Below, in pieces: positions 26,159 through 28,426 of a DNA stretch of 28,426 nucleotides. The position numbers and the translations under genes are program-made. The notes under the pieces were generated by a model, which was given only the letters and a program-made list of their open reading frames with translations, had not been told where the DNA came from and ran no database searches. Position 1 is the stretch's first letter. The number at the start of each line of letters is the position of its first letter. The stretch comes from a virus (lineage: Duplodnaviria; Heunggongvirae; Uroviricota; Caudoviricetes): IMG/VR virus record IMGVR_UViG_2913123054_000008; one strand, given 5' to 3'.

Positions 26159-27004
26159 ATGTCTAAAAATGATGTTAATGCGTCTGCCGCATTGGAACGT
26201 GTCCTTTCTGCATACGGCTTTAAGCAGCAAAAGGAACTAGCCGAAAGGCTTGGCATACATGCAAACAACGTGAGTAGCTGGCTTGCTAGAAACGTAATCC
26301 CTAGCAACGTTTTCGTTGAGTGTGCTCTTGATACTGGAGCTGACCTGCGATGGCTAATTAATGGTGAGCTTGCAAATGCAAGATTTGAAGTGGTGAAAAC
26401 TAAGCTTAAAGGTAAGCAACTCTATGATGAAATCATGGCAAATGGAGGGAGGGCGGTTCTGCGTCGGATTCTCGATGCGTATGGTTTTACTCTGCAAAAA
26501 GAGCTTGGAGATTTATTAGGTATATCTTCCGGCACTATAAGCACTTGGGTTAGACGCGATTTTTTCCCCGGTGACGTGGTTGTCACTTGCGCCCTTGATA
26601 CTGGCGTATCGTTAGAATGGTTATCAACCGGAAAAGGCCAGATGCGTAACAGTAATGATGGTGAACCGGCAAATGCTTTAACGATTAGAAAGTGCCGCCT
26701 CGAGGCGGGCGAACTCAAAGATATCGGACGCTGGACTCCTGATATATCTATGGTTTCATCAAATACTGATGATTTAGTGTTTATTGATGGTGTGAGCACA
26801 TCTTGGCTTGTTGATAGTTCTAACTCGAAGATAGGAAATGGTCGCTGGCTTATTGGTATTGATGGCGCACTCGATGTTTTTGACGTAATCAGGTTGCCAG
26901 GCGGAAAGGTCAGGTTATCAAATAAGTCTGCTGAGTTTGAATGTAATATTTCAGATATCACACCATCAGGTGCGGTTATTTTTACTTTGGAAAAGCATGT
27001 TTAA
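26159..27004 (+). CDS. cI: CI-type immunity repressor with an apparently duplicated N-terminal DNA-binding domain
   Basis: 281 aa from MSKNDVNAS...; two tandem segments (about aa 10-69 and 99-158) each resemble the 186 CI N-terminal HTH domain, followed by a C-terminal domain resembling the CI oligomerisation domain. Confidence 0.75.
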   Translation: MSKNDVNASAALERVLSAYGFKQQKELAERLGIHANNVSSWLARNVIPSNVFVECALDTGADLRWLINGELANARFEVVKTKLKGKQLYDEIMANGGRAVLRRILDAYGFTLQKELGDLLGISSGTISTWVRRDFFPGDVVVTCALDTGVSLEWLSTGKGQMRNSNDGEPANALTIRKCRLEAGELKDIGRWTPDISMVSSNTDDLVFIDGVSTSWLVDSSNSKIGNGRWLIGIDGALDVFDVIRLPGGKVRLSNKSAEFECNISDITPSGAVIFTLEKHV

Positions 27005-27013
27005 GGAGCAGTA

Positions 27014-27352
27014 ATGAAAAAGTTTATATTTGCGATAGTCTGCATTGCACTTTCTTCCTCAGCCATAGCCGCTGAGAAGTTTAAAGAGATAGACGGCGCT
27101 GCATATGGTGACAAGTGGCCTCTAACCTTTGAAAAGGCAAAGGTATCATGTGTTAACCGTGCTTATGCTTTTGTGTATGACATCAAAACTGATGATAGAT
27201 ATCCTCTGAATGGCATGGCGGTAGATGCTGTTAAATCAGGAAAGCTGGAGGGGTCTAACTTAGATGACGTATGGAAGGATGACCCTGAGTATGACGGCGT
27301 TAAAATTTCAATTTCACCGGTGATTGATGCCGCTACAGCCCTTTGTAATTAA
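27014..27352 (+). CDS. small secreted/periplasmic protein (moron between cI and int)
   Basis: 112 aa; N-terminal signal peptide MKKFIFAIVCIALSSSAIA followed by AEK; two Cys in the mature part; low-GC; possibly YebY/DUF2511-like, from memory and unverified. Confidence 0.55.
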   Translation: MKKFIFAIVCIALSSSAIAAEKFKEIDGAAYGDKWPLTFEKAKVSCVNRAYAFVYDIKTDDRYPLNGMAVDAVKSGKLEGSNLDDVWKDDPEYDGVKISISPVIDAATALCN

Positions 27353-27376
27353 TTTTCTTTTAGCCTCGGTATCGCA

Positions 27377-28426
27377 ATGACTGTAAGTAAACAAAAAAGT
27401 GGAAAATGGTTGTGTGAACTCTATCCAAATGGTCGAGAAGGGCGGCGTATACGTCGGCAATTCAATACCAAAGGTGAGGCCGAGGCATTTGAAGCATTTA
27501 CCAAAAGCGAGAGTGAAGATAAGCCGTGGCTCGGCAAGAAAGAAGACCGCCGACGCTTAAGCGAGATTATTCAGCTTTGGCACAATTTGCACGGTCAAGC
27601 GTTAGTCGCCAGTAAGTCGAGGTTTGCAAAGCTTCAAATCGTATGTAATGGACTTGGCGACCCGATTGCATCTCGCCTTACCGCGAAAGACTGGGCTCAT
27701 TATCGTGACCGTCGATTACGTGGTGAAATAGACAATGGTTATCATAAAGACCCCTCGAAATGGATCGCTAAACCTATAACCGTCAATCGCGAACAACAAT
27801 ACCTAGAAGCAGTGTTTAATGAGCTCCGCCGGTTAGGGGAGTGGAGCCTACCCAATCCACTTGATGGGATCCGAGTATTCAAAGAAGCTGAGAAAGAAAT
27901 GTCCTGGCTAACTTTGTCTCAGCTCCCGGAGCTGTTTCGAGCCTGCGAGCAATACGGCAAAGAAGACCTCACCATGATTGTTAAGGTGTGCCTTGCAACC
28001 GGCGCTCGATGGGGGGAAGCGGAGAGATTGACCCGACCTCAACTTTCTCCATATAAACTAACGTTCACCAAAACCAAAGGTAAGAAGAATCGCACAGTTC
28101 CTATTCCTAAATGGCTGTACGACGAGTTGTCCGTACGTCAAGGCAGAATGTTTAAACCCTGCTATCAGGAGTTTAAAAAGATGCTCAAACTAACGAATAT
28201 TGAATTGACGGAAGGGCAGAAGACGCACGTTTTGCGTCATACTTTTGGTGCGCATTTTATGATGAACGGAGGGAATATACTGGTGCTGCAAAAAATTCTC
28301 GGACATGCCAATATTCGAGAAACAATGAAGTATGCGCACTTTGCTCCTGACCACCTTGAACAAGCTGTAACCCTCAATCCGTTATCGCTGTATGTTGGCG
28401 ACAATGTGGCGGCAGAGGTTGCATAA
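27377..28426 (+). CDS. int: tyrosine integrase (P2/186-type)
   Basis: 349 aa; catalytic-domain motifs visible (ATGARWGE, HVLRHTF, ...LGHANIRETMKYAH with the terminal Tyr); stop codon at 28424-28426, so attL is expected just beyond the window. Confidence 0.9.
   Translation: MTVSKQKSGKWLCELYPNGREGRRIRRQFNTKGEAEAFEAFTKSESEDKPWLGKKEDRRRLSEIIQLWHNLHGQALVASKSRFAKLQIVCNGLGDPIASRLTAKDWAHYRDRRLRGEIDNGYHKDPSKWIAKPITVNREQQYLEAVFNELRRLGEWSLPNPLDGIRVFKEAEKEMSWLTLSQLPELFRACEQYGKEDLTMIVKVCLATGARWGEAERLTRPQLSPYKLTFTKTKGKKNRTVPIPKWLYDELSVRQGRMFKPCYQEFKKMLKLTNIELTEGQKTHVLRHTFGAHFMMNGGNILVLQKILGHANIRETMKYAHFAPDHLEQAVTLNPLSLYVGDNVAAEVA

Larger units (their letters stand above)
1..28426. mobile_element. P2/186-family temperate myophage prophage, nearly complete (late module, cos, cargo, early/replication, immunity, integrase); both prophage ends lie outside the window
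   Basis: Collinear, tightly packed gene order matching P2/186 synteny (D-U-T-E-FII-FI-G-H-I-J-W-V-S-R-lysis-X-L-M-N-O / P-Q / cos / cargo / A ... cII-apl / cI-int). Recognition of individual products is from translated ORFs by memory of the families; no search was run. Confidence 0.9.

Noticed and set aside
1-28426. CRISPR arrays, rRNA or tRNA genes, IS elements
   Set aside because: No regularly spaced short repeats, no tRNA-like or rRNA-like sequence, and no transposase-like ORF seen on either strand; the attachment-site tRNA, if any, would lie beyond the integrase at the right edge.

Overview
The window is a nearly complete P2/186-family (Peduovirus-like) temperate myophage prophage in an enterobacterial-type background, and the best candidate for something new is a low-GC two-gene cargo module at 20254-20875. 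All calls rest on reading the six-frame translations and the DNA by eye; no searches were run. Left to right: the tail/late module on the minus strand (D, U, T, E with an E' frameshift, FII, FI, tail fibre assembly, H, I, J, W, V, S, R), the lysis cassette (spanins, endolysin, holin), X, then head genes L, M, N, O on the minus strand and terminase P plus portal Q on the plus strand. Past Q lies a cos-like site, a roughly 2 kb low-GC cargo region, and an SOS-box-controlled operon with an N-terminal ORF and a DinI-like ORF. The early region follows on the minus strand (replication gene A, a TraR-like zinc finger, small early genes, CII-like, Apl-like), then on the plus strand a CI-type repressor, a small secreted-protein moron and a complete tyrosine integrase ending at the window edge. 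The late activator (ogr/B) and the att sites are not in the window. The cos, CI/CII/Apl and SOS-operon features point to a 186-like member of the family. The other findings worth follow-up are the apparent tandem duplication of the CI DNA-binding domain, the split Tum-like/DinI arrangement under a near-consensus LexA box, and a pair of covarying hairpin repeats flanking a small ORF.
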